A stretch of 63,973 bases of DNA, counting the filler, from Basidioascus undulatus (Eukaryota), in assembly GCA_000826855.1 (NCBI GenBank). It is 3 parts of 3 records of this genome, joined end to end, with 100 filler letters (N's around TTAATTAATTAA, not from the genome) between each part and the next. Parts side by side here need not be neighbours in the genome. Positions count along the whole stretch, not along the records: positions 22,040 to 43,943 come from JTLS01000310.1; positions 44,044 to 63,973 come from JTLS01000386.1; 1 more part is not named here. One strand, written 5' to 3'. Shown here one piece after another: positions 33,726-46,433 of this stretch. The position numbers and the translations under genes were made by a program. The notes under the pieces are model-generated. The model made no database searches and was not told the origin of the DNA. It saw only the letters and a program-made list of their open reading frames with translations. Numbering within the stretch: position 1 is the first letter of the stretch; each line of letters begins with the position of its first letter.

Positions 33726-36652
33726 ATGACGGCGCTCCCCACAGTCAACATCAATGTCTCGTACGCCGAGGAGCACAGTACGCGACCCCCGCACTTGAGC
33801 AGATGGAGAACGCGTCTTCTGATGGGCCCGTTAACCTACAGCCAAAATCCTCGACTTCTTGAACCGACACAAGTCGACTGAGGAGGAGCTGGCGACCGCG
33901 CAGGCGCAGGCGGACTTGGAGGCGATGGACTTGGACGAGGACGATGATCTCGACATGGACGCGATCGCGGCGCGGGCGCGGGCGAGGCCGCGAGGCTTGA
34001 AGTACCTGGATCACTTGGTGAGCCGCTCGAGAAAGTAGGAACCAAGGGCGGGCTGCGTGAGCTGACGCGAAGGCGAATGCAGCAACGGATCGCCAACCGT
34101 CAACAGAGCGAGCTCGTGATCGATTTGCAGGATATCGCTGATGTGCGCCTCCCCTCCTCGACCCACGCGTTTACGATAGCTGACCGCCTGTGTGCAGTTC
34201 GAGGATACGATCGGCGGCCTGGTCTCCCGCATACAAGGCAACACTCGCCGCTACACCGACCTCTTCTCCGCCGCCGTCGACGAGATCATGCCCCAGCCGA
34301 CCAAGGACATCAGCTCCGAGGACGATGTGCTCGACCTCATCGCGCACCAGCGGCGACAGAAGACTGCGGAGAACGCGGAGGAGGGCGAGGAGGGCTTCCC
34401 CGCCCAGATGATGCGTCGCTAGTGAGTCCAGGACACTTCTAAAGCGGTCGTACGAGGCGGGCGAAGGGACGTGATGCTGAGATTACGCCTGGGCGTTGCA
34501 GCACTCTCTGCTTCAAGCCCCTCGCCAACACGCCCGCCTTCGCCGTGCGCGATGTCCGCGGCGCGCACCTCGGTAAGCTCATCACCGTTCGCGGCATCGT
34601 CACGCGCGTGTCCGAGGTCAAGCCCTTCCTCCGCTGGGCGGCCTACACGTGCGACTCGTGCGGCCACGAGATCTTCCAGGAGATCAAGAGCCGGCAGTTC
34701 ACGCCCCTTACCGAGTGCGTCTCGACGATGTGCCAGATCAACAACGTCAAGGGCGCACTGCACCAGCAGACGCGCGCGAGTCGCTTCAGCTCGTTCCAGG
34801 AGGTCAAGATCCAGGAGATGGTGCGTTGCGTCAACCGGCCGTATTCAAGTGCGCGTCCTGCGCCACATGGGCTTACATTGGAGGGGCTGGGACAGGCGGA
34901 CCAAGTTCCGGTCGGGCACATCCCGCGCTCGATGACGGTCCACCTCTTCGGTACGGTGACGCGCTCGGTGAACCCGGGCGACGTCGTCCACATCGGAGGG
35001 ATTTTCCTCCCGATGCCGTACAAGGGCTTCCGGGCGCAGCGCACGCCACTCCTGCAGGATACGTTCCTTGAGGCGCAGCACGTGCAGCAGCTCAAGAAGC
35101 AGTACGCCGCGATGGAACTCACGCCCGAGATCCAGGACAAGATCGACGAGCTCAAGACGGACCCGGCGCTGTACTCCAAGCTCGCGTCGAGCATCGCGCC
35201 CGAGATCTACGGCCACGACGACGTCAAGAAGGCGCTGCTGCTGCTTCTCGTCGGCGGCGTCACGAAGAACATGGGCGACGGCATGAAGATCAGGGGCGAC
35301 ATCAACATCTGCCTCATGGGCGACCCCGGTGTCGCAAAGTCGCAGCTGCTCAAGTACATCTCCAAGGTCGCGCCGCGCGGCGTCTACACGACTGGTCGTG
35401 GTTCCTCCGGCGTCGGTCTCACAGCGGCCGTGATGCGCGACCCGGTGACGGACGAGTTTGTCCTTGGTGCGTCCTCAATCCGTTTGTTTGATGGCTGAGC
35501 GGCACTCGCTAACGACTGTTTGGGTTCCGCAGAGGGCGGTGCGCTCGTTCTCGCCGACAACGGCATATGCTGCATCGACGAGTTCGACAAGATGGAGGAG
35601 TCGGATCGCACGGCGATCCACGAGGTCATGGAGCAGCAGACGATCTCGATCTCCAAGGCGGGCATCACGACGACGCTCAACGCGCGCACGTCCATCCTCG
35701 CCGCCGCGAACCCGCTCTACGGCCGCTACAACCCCAAGATCTCTCCCGTCGACAACATTAACCTCCCCGCCGCCCTCCTCTCCCGCTTCGACATCCTCTT
35801 CCTCATCCTCGACTCGCCCACGCGTGACGACGACGAGCGCCTCGCACAGCACGTCACCTACGTCCACATGCACAACGCGCACCCCGAGCTTGAGCACGAG
35901 CCCGTCGACCCGCTCTTGATGCGGTGCGTCCTGCCACCATCCACTGCCCTTTTCCGATACGGCTTATTGACGCTTTATTACCCGCCCCGCAGCCACTACA
36001 TCGCGCTCGCACGGCAAAAACGTCCCGTCGTCCCGCGCGGCACCGCCGACTACATCACGGGCGCGTACGTCCAGCTGCGCAAGCAGCAAAAGGAGGACGA
36101 AGCGGAGAACAAGTTCTACACGTACACCTCGGCGCGCACGCTGCTCGGCGTGCTCCGTCTCGCGCAGGCGCTCGCGCGCCTCCGCTTCTCGGACACGGTC
36201 GACATCGCCGACGTCGACGAGGCGCTGCGCCTGGTCGACGTCTCCAAGGCGAGCCTGTACGAGCACGAGCGCGACGGCCCCGCCGACGGGGACCGCACGA
36301 ACGCGAGCAAGATCTGGCGCATCATCCGTGACCTCCGCGTGTCTGGCGGTGGTGGTGGGCGCCGCCGCACCCTCGGCCGCGGACCGGCGGACGTGAGGAT
36401 GGACGACGATGCCGACTATGAGGAGGACGAGGAGCAGGTCGAGCTCTCCATGCGCGACATTCGCGACCGCGTCATCGCCAAGGGCTTCACGGAGGACGCG
36501 CTGATGGACACGATCACTGAGGTGTGTCGCCGCCTTGTGAACAGCTACAGGGTTCGTGGACTGACTTCACCGCTCTTTTGCAGTACGAGCGCCTGGACAT
36601 CATCCAGCGCGTTGCCGGCGGGACTCGCCTCCGTTTCGTCGACACCGCCTAG
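33726..36652 (+). CDS. MCM7: DNA replication licensing factor Mcm7
   Basis: Motifs [13 protein letters not shown], Zn-finger [65 protein letters not shown]. Confidence 0.96.
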
Positions 36653-36850
36653 AGCATTCTTTCTCCCTCTATCTATTGCACATTTCACCCCTCGTCGGAC
36701 CCTGGTTGTTTTTGTCACCCGTGTAACTCTAGCTATACCCGTAAATCGAGCTCGCATCTACCAGAACCGTTCGCCTACGCACTGCACTTAACCGAATGCC
36801 GCATCATCTATCTGAGCCAATCTACCTCTGACCTCTTGCCATTCAACCTT

Positions 36851-37432
36851 TTAAAGATTCGCCTGCACCGGCGCAGCCTTTCCCGCATCCTTCCCCACCC
36901 TGCTCTTCGCCTCCTCAACTGCCTTGACGTCGTGCTCGTGGATCCACACCGGGTCCTCCCTCGTCCTCGAGCTCCCGAATGCGCTCGTCGCTCAGCACCT
37001 TCGCGCCGCCCCCGCGGGCCTTGGACGCCTCCGTCGCGCGGATGACACGTGTAACGTGCGCGAGGCGGGTCGCGTTGTAAAGCTCGAGCGCGAGCGCGGA
37101 GAAGAGGAGAACCCGTCGGGGCTAGGACGGGATAGGCGTGCTTGAGCGAGAGCGCGAAGGCGTAGACGTCGTCGATTGCAAGAGAACTGGGAAATGTAGT
37201 TTTAGGTCAGTAAGCTGAAAACTCAAGCGGTCTGAAGGAGTTGGAAGTGTTAGTAAACAGACGACGACATTCCCTCCAGCGGCGAAAGCTCCGCCGTGCG
37301 CGTGCGCAGCGTCGCCGATCAGCGCGACGCGGCGTTGAACACGATTCTGGACAGCGCAGCTCCGGACCGGTTCAGAAAGATGCGAATGGACGGCGTCGCG
37401 TCCACGACGGCTTTCAAAGTCGGGTGCCAGTC
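36851..37432 (-). pseudogene. 3' remnant of an FAD-dependent monooxygenase (salicylate hydroxylase-like)
   Basis: Motifs DWHPTLKAVVDATP, VALIGDAAHAHGGAFAAG, SLAIDDVYAFAL, PVWIHEHDV. Frameshifts are present and no N-terminal GxGxxG was found. Confidence 0.8.
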
Positions 37433-38394
37433 CTGGCACAGTGCAAGTGAAACGTTGTCAGACACGGTCGCTAGAATGGTTCGGCCGCTGGAAAATCTTG
37501 AATCCTGGGGAGAAGACGACTGTGATTCTGAACGAGTATAAAACACTTTGTATGGGAAAGGTCATGCCATTTGGCTCCCTGGCGTACAGATGTGAGACCG
37601 CCGCACATCAATGATGCCCAGTGAAGTGGAAGGACGGATGTCGTTGGCATTCCCATCTTTGCCCCCACCCTTAGTTTGTGCATGGGAGGGTTTTAAAAAC
37701 TTGCGCAAGCTCATCAAGGAAACGTGTAGTAACTTTCTGTGGTTATGTTGAAACTCGCTAGCCTTTTGAAACCATCACATCTCTGTCAGCTTCTTTTACT
37801 CTCATCCTACTCGGAAGTGCTTCAGACCCATCATAAGCCATTGTTTGATATATTACTCAGCCAGTGGGTTTCTCCGATACCCATATTGACTTCTACACAG
37901 TTTCCCGTATCGCGAACAACTGAAGTAACTGACGACCGCCAGCGGCTTTCTCACTCTTGAGTGCTCTTCGAGAGCACCATCTCCAAAAGCTGAAAATAGT
38001 TCTTGGATCTTATATTTTCCTTAATTCTTACAATTGTTGTCTTCAGGTAAGTCCGTTTACGGTGGGGAGTGCCGAAAGAAGAGTAAGGCCTCTCACCGAC
38101 CAGAGTGAGTCTTCGGACAATTATTAGAAAGTTCCTAGAACCTATGAATTGAATGGCTGTACCGCGTTGGTTGGTCTGTGCCTGTTTGAGGTTAAATGGT
38201 GCGAAGAGGGTACATTGTTTGTTTGTTGCAACGCCGCCACAATATTCCCGTTCAGCCGGTGTTCCGGTTGCCCACAGCACGCGTGGGTAGCGTTCCGCGT
38301 GCACCTCACAACCTCGCAACGCTCACTTCGCACCCTTTCCTTTATCCCACATCCTCAACCATCCTTGGTTTTCTAGTCCATCTCTGCACCAAGC

Positions 38395-39319
38395 ATGCCG
38401 CATGCCGCGCAACATCTAGCACCTATACGGCGACTCCCTCCCACTTACTCTCTACGAGGGTCAGCCTATCCTCGATTTCAGGGACTGTCACCCGATCTTC
38501 GCGTACTGCATCGGCTTAATCGACCCGTCCAAGCCCGGAGCTGGACTCGACATTGAAGTATCTCAAACGCGGGCCTCTCTGGTGATCATCTACTTTGGGG
38601 AAGCCATCATGGTCTTTCGCGCCCTGCGCAGGCTCGGCACTTTTAGACGAATTTGCATTGACCCTCGAGAAGCTTTTGAAAGACTCTTCGGCCGAAGTGG
38701 AGTTCGACGCCTTGTCTTCCGTTCAGTTGATGCACCCAGCTATGTTGTGACTTCCGCTCTTGAGACGCAGCCTTGCGCAAAAGGGCTATCGGCGCATTAC
38801 CTTTCGGGGCGTGCATGCCTGCTGTGGCTTACGGGACTGCACAATTCATCATCCCTCCAATGGTGACAGTCATGGTGATGCACAGAAGTAGCGTCTGGCT
38901 GCAGTAGGACCGTGATCACTAGTGGCAGCTGCCGGCGATTGATGACAACGCCCGGTTGCTCTTTGCTTCCTGGAGACGCCGAGAGCCCATCGAGGCCCGT
39001 GTAAAGATCGTGGAGGAAATCGACAATCGCTTCCGAGGCTCCACGGTTCCGACATACTCACCAGAGAGCCGAAAATCTATCAGCGCCAAATTTGAAGCCA
39101 GTCTGAAGGTTGTTGGCAAATCTGCGAGATTTGCGGGACGCTGGCTCCATCGATATGCCAATCGTGCTCGGGTGCAGCCTATTGTGGACCGGCACACCCG
39201 AAGGAGAACTGACTAAGCATAAGAAGGTGGGTCTTCTGCTCGCCAAGGACTCAGTTTCTTCACCCGAGCTGACTGTACTCCCTCCGCTCTGGCAGTGGTG
39301 CAAGGCGCATCGGGCTTGA
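38395..39319 (+). pseudogene. MYND zinc-finger protein pseudogene, copy A
   Basis: IDDNARLLFASWRRREPI is followed across a frameshift by CEICGTLAPSICQSCSGAAYCGPAH..KHKK, an intron, then WCKAHRA*. Confidence 0.78.
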
Positions 39320-40575
39320 GGAACGTACAGTACAGTCAGGCTGAAACAGATTAGGACAAAAAATTCATTCTTTATATCAAATTTCTGTTACATTTTCTTG
39401 CCTAAGGTTGGCGAAAGCCATACCATTGGGCACGGACGAGTGAGTGAACAATTGGACATGTGGCTGCATCCTTCCGGCTTCTGGCAGGAAAGATGGATGC
39501 AGCTCAGAAAACCTGTGCTGGAGCAAGAACGGGTAGGAAGGTCAAGGGATTCGTGGCCTTCGTTCTAAATGCGGCCTAAATGTGTTCCTCCTCGACTTTG
39601 GCATGGAACGAGGCAACAAGAGATGTAGACAGCCTGGCCGACTTCCTTCAATGCAGTCGGGCACAGGGTTCATAAGACAACGGGCCAATATTTATAGTGT
39701 CTGTACTTTTTATCAGGCAATTCTCCTTCTTTTAGAACTTTCGCGTGCTTTCTCGCGAAGTATGCGAGAGTGCAGATCTCATAGGCACATGCGACTATTG
39801 CGACTGCCTGCAATCACTTCCATCGGGGTTCAATCTCTTTGTCTTTCAGGTATTTGGGGTAAAAGTTATCCAGAAGGCGGTTATGGGCTTGCAATGCTTG
39901 GTTACATTGTCCAGTCTCCCAGAGTCTCAAATAGCCTCTGCGACTCGGTCTCGTCCCAGTATCCGACTTGGCTTTTCTCAGCCGGAACTAGCTTAGATAG
40001 AAATCTTCTATAGAGTAGAAGTCGGACTAAATAAGATAGGAAGATTACAATGCGAGGCACACAAGTACAGCGAACGCGAAAGAAGGTGCTGGTGCCACGG
40101 AAGCTGTGGTCCAAAAACTCAAGTAACCGTGCTCTGAACCGACAGCCACGTTGGCGAACGATCAAAGTCAGCAATGCGGCCGAGATTATCTGAAATACTC
40201 TGTACCTGTGAAAAAGCATCGATATTCCGCGAGTCACGAGGGTTGTGAAATGCCATTGCGCAATGAAAGCCTTTCGGCCGTCGAACTCCAAGAGCCTCCG
40301 AAAGGCCTGCCCCAGCTGGGGCCGGCCAGCTGGGGCCCAGTACCTCTGGTTCTTACCGTCGTCTCTCCTCACTTACCTTCAAGGTACTAACCAGCCTTTG
40401 GACCTTTCGATCGAACGCTATCACTTCAATGAGAAATCTGGGTTACTGACCTTAACATCGCGCCGCACCGCAGTCTCGATCCACGATCGCACTCGCTGTC
40501 TGGCGTTTTCATCGAGCCGACATCGTGAGATACCTGCTCTTCGCGTCCATGCCCTAAAGCCATCAATCGTCTAAT

Positions 40576-40583
40576 TATAAATA
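40576..40583 (+). promoter_or_regulatory. TATA-like element upstream of ALG2
   Basis: TATAAATA lies shortly before the ATG at 40619. Confidence 0.3.
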
Positions 40584-40618
40584 ACCTGCCCCCTCCTCAC
40601 AAACTTCTACAGTCTGCC

Positions 40619-42432
40619 ATGTCCGCTCCATCGACGCCTACCAAACCTCTGCGCGTCGCCATCATTCATCCAGATCTTGGCATCGGTCCGTCAATTTTTG
40701 ACCGGCTCAAACGCCATCTTCCAGGAGAGACTAATAACCCTCTCACGAAACCAGGCGGTGCTGAGCGCCTGATCGTCGACGCTGCAGTTGGGCTTCAAAA
40801 GATAGGGCATTTCGTCGACATCTTTACGTCGCATCACGACCCCTCGCACTGCTTCTCCGAGACTAGGGATGGTACGGCTGCGTTGGGTCTACCTTGGGCA
40901 AAAACTGTAGCTGATCCGGGATTATTAACAGGCACGCTGAATGTCCACGTTCTCGGCTCGACACTTCCACGCTCGCTCGGCGGTTCGCTGCACATCATCT
41001 TCGCGATTCTCCGCCAACTCCACCTCACCTTCCTTCTTCTTTTCTCGCTGTACCTCCCCCGCTTCAGCTCCCCACCTCCCTTTTTCCGCAAATGGTACCT
41101 CCCCGCGAAGGGCTACGACGTCGTGCTCGTAGACCAGCTCTCGTCGTGCATCCCGTTCGTGCGCTGGTTCGCACAGACGCGCGTCGTCTTCTACTGCCAT
41201 TTCCCGGACAAGCTCCTCAGTGGGGGGAAGGCGGCCGCGGTGGCGGAGGACGGGTCGAAGGTGCTGGATGGTGGGAGCCGTGGTGGGCTGTTGAAGGCTC
41301 TGTATCGTCTGCCGGTGGACATGTGGGAGGAGGTCACGACCGGTGCGCGTGTGCTGGTTCGCCCTCGGTTTGCCGGCGCGCTGACGATTCTATAGGCGAG
41401 TCGGACGTGATCGTTGCGAACTCCATCTTCACCTCGAATGTCTTCTCGCACTCCTTCAAGTCCATCAATAAACAAACGCAGGTCGTCTATCCCGGCATCG
41501 ACCTCGCTTCGTACCCGACCTCCACGCCTTCGTCCGACGACCCCGCTGTCGGCCTCATTCAGTCGTGAGTTACTTGTTCTCTGAGACAGTTTGGTATCAA
41601 GTCTAATGCACTTGAGCTACAGGGACCGTCCTACCTTCCTCTCCCTCAACCGGTTTGAGCCGAAGAAGAACGTTCAGCTCGCAGTCGAAGCCTTGGCTGA
41701 GCTAGTCGAGCGCGAGCCGAACAATGCCAACCTTCGCCTAGTCGTCGCTGGTACGCAGAAGTTTACAGACCCTACTTACAACCCGTGCTGAGCATAGTTG
41801 TTCTCTTCACAGGCGGCTACGACCCTCGATTGCCCTCGAACGTCGACAACCTCTCCCACCTCCAGTCCCTCTGTGACTCGCTCCACCTTTCGCACCACAC
41901 GCTCGCGTCCTCCACCTCGCCCGCGCCCACTCCAACCGCGCAAGTCGTCTTCCTCCTGAACTACACCACCCCGCAGCGCCAAGCGCTGCTCACCTCGCCG
42001 TCGACGCTCCTGCTCCTGTACACGCCGACGAACGAGCACTTCGGTATCGTCCCTGTCGAGGCGATGGCGTCCGGGCTGCCTGTGCTGGCGACGCGCTCGG
42101 GCGGGCCGTGCGAGAGCATCGCGGACGGGGAGACGGGTTACTTGCGCGAGTCGGACAGCCACGTCTGGGCGCAGGCGATGGGGCACGTCCTCCGCCTCGG
42201 CACGGATGAGCGGCGCGCGATGGGCGTCCAAGGGCGCAAGCGTGTCGACGAGAAGTTCACACTTGAAAAGACCACGGAGGGCCTGGAGCACGTGCTCCGC
42301 TTCGCGGTCGGGATGGGCAGTCCCGGGTTGGAGGACGGCCTGCTGAAGCTTGTGGGCGCGGTCGTGCTCGCTACGGCGATGGTTATCTCGATCAGCGGCG
42401 CGCTGTACCTTGCTCAGTTGAACAACCCTTGA
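40619..42432 (+). CDS. ALG2: Alpha-1,3/1,6-mannosyltransferase Alg2 (GT4)
   Basis: Motifs IIHPDLGIGGAERLIVDAA, FYCHFPDKLL, SLNRFEPKKN, GGYDPR, YTPTNEHFGIVPVEAM, plus a C-terminal TM. Confidence 0.95.
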
Positions 42433-42935
42433 ATAGCATCGGGTAGCTCATCTTCTTTGCGCACAAGGTATTAATAAAGCCTTTGAAACAACTTCCGCCA
42501 CCGTGTGATCGCCTGCCGGCTGCTTTCGACAGTGCCGCTCGGCCTTTCCTAGGCCACGCGTTTCCCTGTCCACCTGCGGTTGCCCAGCGTTACGGTACTT
42601 GGCCACCCGCCGCGCGTACACAGACCTGCTTTCCCAACTGCCTTACCAAGCCGCATTCTGCTCGTCCATCACGCGCCCACCCTTACGACTAGTATTCTGT
42701 TGATGCGGACAACTGAGCGTCACTTGAGCTACCGCAAAGCAAGCTGCATATGACCTGATCTGGGCTGCGTCCGAAGCCGATTCAATAGTCACACCAAGTT
42801 GTCGGGGAACCAGAAAATATGGAGTTGCAGTGCAAGCTGTTGAAGTGCTAGCCCAGTCGCAAAGCTTTCATTGGCGCATGCACGCATCTGCTCGACCCAG
42901 TCCCAACACGTTACAGCTCCCTTATCCTGCTCGGC

Positions 42936-43910
42936 TCAAACGCGATGCGCCTTGCACCACTGGAAGCGCGGAGGAGTAAAGTCAGCTGAAGTGAAGAAGA
43001 CTCGGCTTATTACCGAACAGGAAATGTACCTCCTTGTGTTTCGGCCAGTCCTTCCGGTGTTCTGGCCCACAGTACGCCGCACCCGCGCACGACTTGCACA
43101 TTGATCGAGCCAGCGTTCCGCAGACTTCGCACCGGTCTCCAACCTTGTCCAAAAATGTAGTCTGCTTAACTTTCGATTTGCGCTGGAGTTACGAGGAAGC
43201 CCGTGGGCTGCGGGCGCGGATCTCGTCGAGAAGTTTCATGCGTGCGCCCAGGGGCTCGCGGCGCCTCCATGAAGCGAACAGAAGGCGAGAAGTGTCATCA
43301 ATGGGGGGGACAGAAGTATAATGATCAATGTTGTATAGTAGCCAGCCGCTGAAGTGTCCTGTGCGCAGCATGGACACCGTGTGCAGCAGATGGTTCACAT
43401 CTCTTCCCTACGCGCAGCGCTCATCTGGGCGTCCTCGGAAGCATGGAAAGGCTGGAGCAGAGTCGGAATATCCATCAAAGTGATGAGACCCGCCGCGGAC
43501 ACGCTCAGCACGGTGCCCGGGTTGATCAGATAGAGCGAGTCACGAAAGGTAAAACGTGGTTTGCCGGGCAGCAACAATTCCCGTGAGCAAAGCCTGCGTA
43601 TCCAGCATGGTCAATAAGGTCTCGAGGCTGTGAAGGAACGAAAGAGAGGGCATCGATCCTGGTATCGATAGACGAGCCTCTCAAGGGAGCCTCTCAAGAG
43701 CGATTCCAGCGCCGCGACGATGTCAGGTCCAGCGATCGTACTCTCACCAGAGACAAGCACTGACAATCCGCACTGCACGATGGCAGCAGATACTCCAGCC
43801 TTGGCACACAGAGCGAGACCAGCCCCTGGAGTCGTCTGATCGATCGCGCCAAGCGAGATGTTAAGATGGTGCGATAAAGCGGACTTCACGCCTCGTCTGC
43901 AATGCGCCAT
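42936..43910 (-). pseudogene. MYND zinc-finger protein pseudogene, copy B (inverted relative to A)
   Basis: IDDTSRLLFASWRRREPL, an in-frame stop at 43189, then CEVCGTLARSMCKSCAGAAYCGPEHRKDWPKHKE, an intron, and WCKAHRV*. Confidence 0.78.
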
Positions 43911-43943
43911 GGCAGCCTAGCATTGCGTTTCACAGCAACCCAC

Positions 43944-44043
43944 NNNNNNNNNNNNNNNNNNNNNNNNNNNNNNNNNNNNNNNNNNNNTTAATTAATTAAN
44001 NNNNNNNNNNNNNNNNNNNNNNNNNNNNNNNNNNNNNNNNNNN
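43944..44043. other. Assembly gap / artificial contig linker
   Basis: 100 nt of N with a central TTAATTAATTAA. Confidence 0.98.
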
Positions 44044-44532
44044 CCTTCGCCACCACCGCCACCCGCTCCTCGGCGCCCACTACCTCCACCGGCATCACCT
44101 TGTTCTCCGCCCCTCCGGCCTTCCTTGACGAGGACAATGCCCTGTCGTGCAGCTCCGAGTCGTACCACCCGATCTTCCTCGGGCGGGTCTCCTCGCGGCT
44201 CGACTCCAACCGCTGGGTGAGCACGGACGAGACGGCGCTGTACCGGCGCGCGCAGAACAAGGCCTCCGCGCTCCCCCGGTCGTCGGGGTGTGGACGTCCA
44301 GCGCGAGATCGCCCAGTCGACCGTGCCCCTCCCCGAGCCCACCCTCACCACTCGCGTCCTCGCCCGCCTCGGGCTCGCCGCGCTGCCCACGCGCGCACAG
44401 CACGCGCTCCGCGACGCTGCGCCTCCGCCGAGGCCGCTGAAGGCGGGCGAGCGGAAGCCGCAGTTGGCCATGTGGATCACGAAGCGCGGCGCCGTCCTCG
44501 TTCCGTTTATAGCGACTCCTCGCTTTCTGTAG
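44044..44532 (+). CDS. 3' end of a hypothetical protein, truncated by the gap, with one apparent frameshift near 44275
   Basis: GC3-rich codons reading ...YHPIFLGRV...RWVSTDETALYRR... and then ...KPQLAMWITKRGAVLVPFIATPRFL*. Confidence 0.5.
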
Positions 44533-45049
44533 GGTTTTGCTTGATTGTCGCTGCGGGATAGTGGTCTGTGTGCTGGTAGTCTGTCTGCAGCTGTGGAACC
44601 TCTGTACTTTGCTAGATTGTTGTACAATTACATGCTAACTGGCAAGTATCGAGAGTCAAGCGTCTGGACTGCCACGTTTTCACAAAGTCAAGAGAGCACT
44701 GGATCGAGCGCACTGGAACGTCAACAGCCCAGAGATCTTGAATGAACTGCCCGGTACCTCCCGGTACCTCAGCTGTAAAATTCAGTCGGTACCTGTAAAG
44801 ACGTCCAGTGAAGAGCGACCAGTGAAGATCTCGACAAAGGCCGGCCACTGCCATGCATACCGACACAGCCCACTGTCACTCTAGGGCAGGATAACGCCAA
44901 ATTTGATTTTGAGAGGTCTTCCACTCAAAGACCTACGTTGTTCCATGCAGCGAGCAGCGAACAACCCAGAACAGTGGCTGCGGTGGCAGTGTTGAAGCTG
45001 CACAGCCTGACAGCATCACGCACGACTGCTGGTGCCTGGCAGCCTCTGG

Positions 45050-45057
45050 TATAAATA
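45050..45057 (+). promoter_or_regulatory. TATA box
   Basis: TATAAATA about 80 nt upstream of the ATG at 45135. Confidence 0.4.
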
Positions 45058-45134
45058 ACCCTCTGCCAGTTTCCTGATGCTCACATTCCCCTCATCCTAC
45101 CCCACACCTCCCACCAGCCAGACCACACACGGTA

Positions 45135-45896
45135 ATGTACACGATCCCCGACACCCCGCCAGTCCGGATCCTGCGCCTCTCCCTCTCCGCCTCCGACCCC
45201 AGCACAAGCGCAATCAAGGATGAGACGGGCATGCCGCTGTACACGACGCACACCACCCAAGAGCAGGTCGTCGTCCGAAGCGCGGAGGGCGCGGACCTGC
45301 TGCGCGTTGAGCGCGATGGGCGCGGGGAGGGCGCGCTGAGGGTCGAGGGAGTCGGGGAGGTGGAGGGCGGGACGAAGGGATGGTTGAGACTGAGCAGAGG
45401 GGGAAGGTGCCTAAGTGAGTGGTCTCGACTTGCAGGTTTCTGAGTGAGATGAGGCTGAATAGATTGTTGAGGGTCCGCAGAACCAAGCTATTCGAATATC
45501 AAGGGAAGGAATATGTCTGGCGCCTCGCCCCATCGATGCAAGAGCTGAATGTGGGCACCCTTAGCTCCTTTTCTCTCTTCACACCCTGATTCCCCTCCCC
45601 CTCAGCTATTCCGCCTGCCACTCGCGCACCCGTACCCCCCGCCGCTCGCGTCCTTTTTCTTCCCCTCCAGCAAAGCCCCGCACGCGCACGCGCCCCCCGC
45701 GTCGCTCTGCTTCTGGCAGTCCCCCGACGACATCCCCGACCTCGACACGCTCGTGATCTCGCTCACGATCATCAGCGCCCCGCGGAAGGGCGGCCTGCTC
45801 GCGGGGAAGAAGGTCAGCGGCCCGCGCTGGTCGGGCTCGCGGACAGACCCGTCGCGAGCAAGAACTGGCTGCACAATTTCTACATGGGGATGCTGA
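45135..45896 (+). CDS. Hypothetical protein, DUF6593-like basidiomycete family
   Basis: Segments DPSTSAIKDETGMPLYTTHT, KGWLR, FEYQGKEYVWR, PASLCF..DLDTLVISLTII. Two introns. Confidence 0.6.
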
Positions 45897-46433
45897 TGAG
45901 CGGGATCAGCAACTTGATAACTTGAAATTTTGAGGATGCGTTAGGTGAAAGCAGATGGGAGCGGGAGGACAGTCGTTTGTAGTATGTGCGGCGCTGGGGT
46001 CTTTCTGAGATTCGTCACGTTTTAGTCGGCTGTAACTCGTTGTACCACTGCTATTCCGCTGCTTTGTGCACAATTTTATGAAAGTTGAAGACATGCAATG
46101 AGTCTGAGTTCCGGTTCATCAGCGTGCAGACTGTGAGTATTGTTTGCGATTGTTTGCAGCTCTAGTCGGCAGCCGCAGTGCCCCCGCGCTGGGCGTGCCG
46201 TCGCGTCGGCATCGCCAGCTCGAGGTTGGCTTCCCACTTTCCCATTACTTTGATCTTTGGACGCCCATACGCGTCGGGTGTGCATTTAAGGCGTGAAGTA
46301 CATTCACCTGGTAAGCTAAAGCGTACGGAATCCCTCAGCTCCAACATCCTCGAGAGTTACGGCTGAGCCTCCATGGCCCCAGCACTGACGCTTGCACCGC
46401 CGTCTTCCCCCTTGCCATCGCCAGACTTCCACG

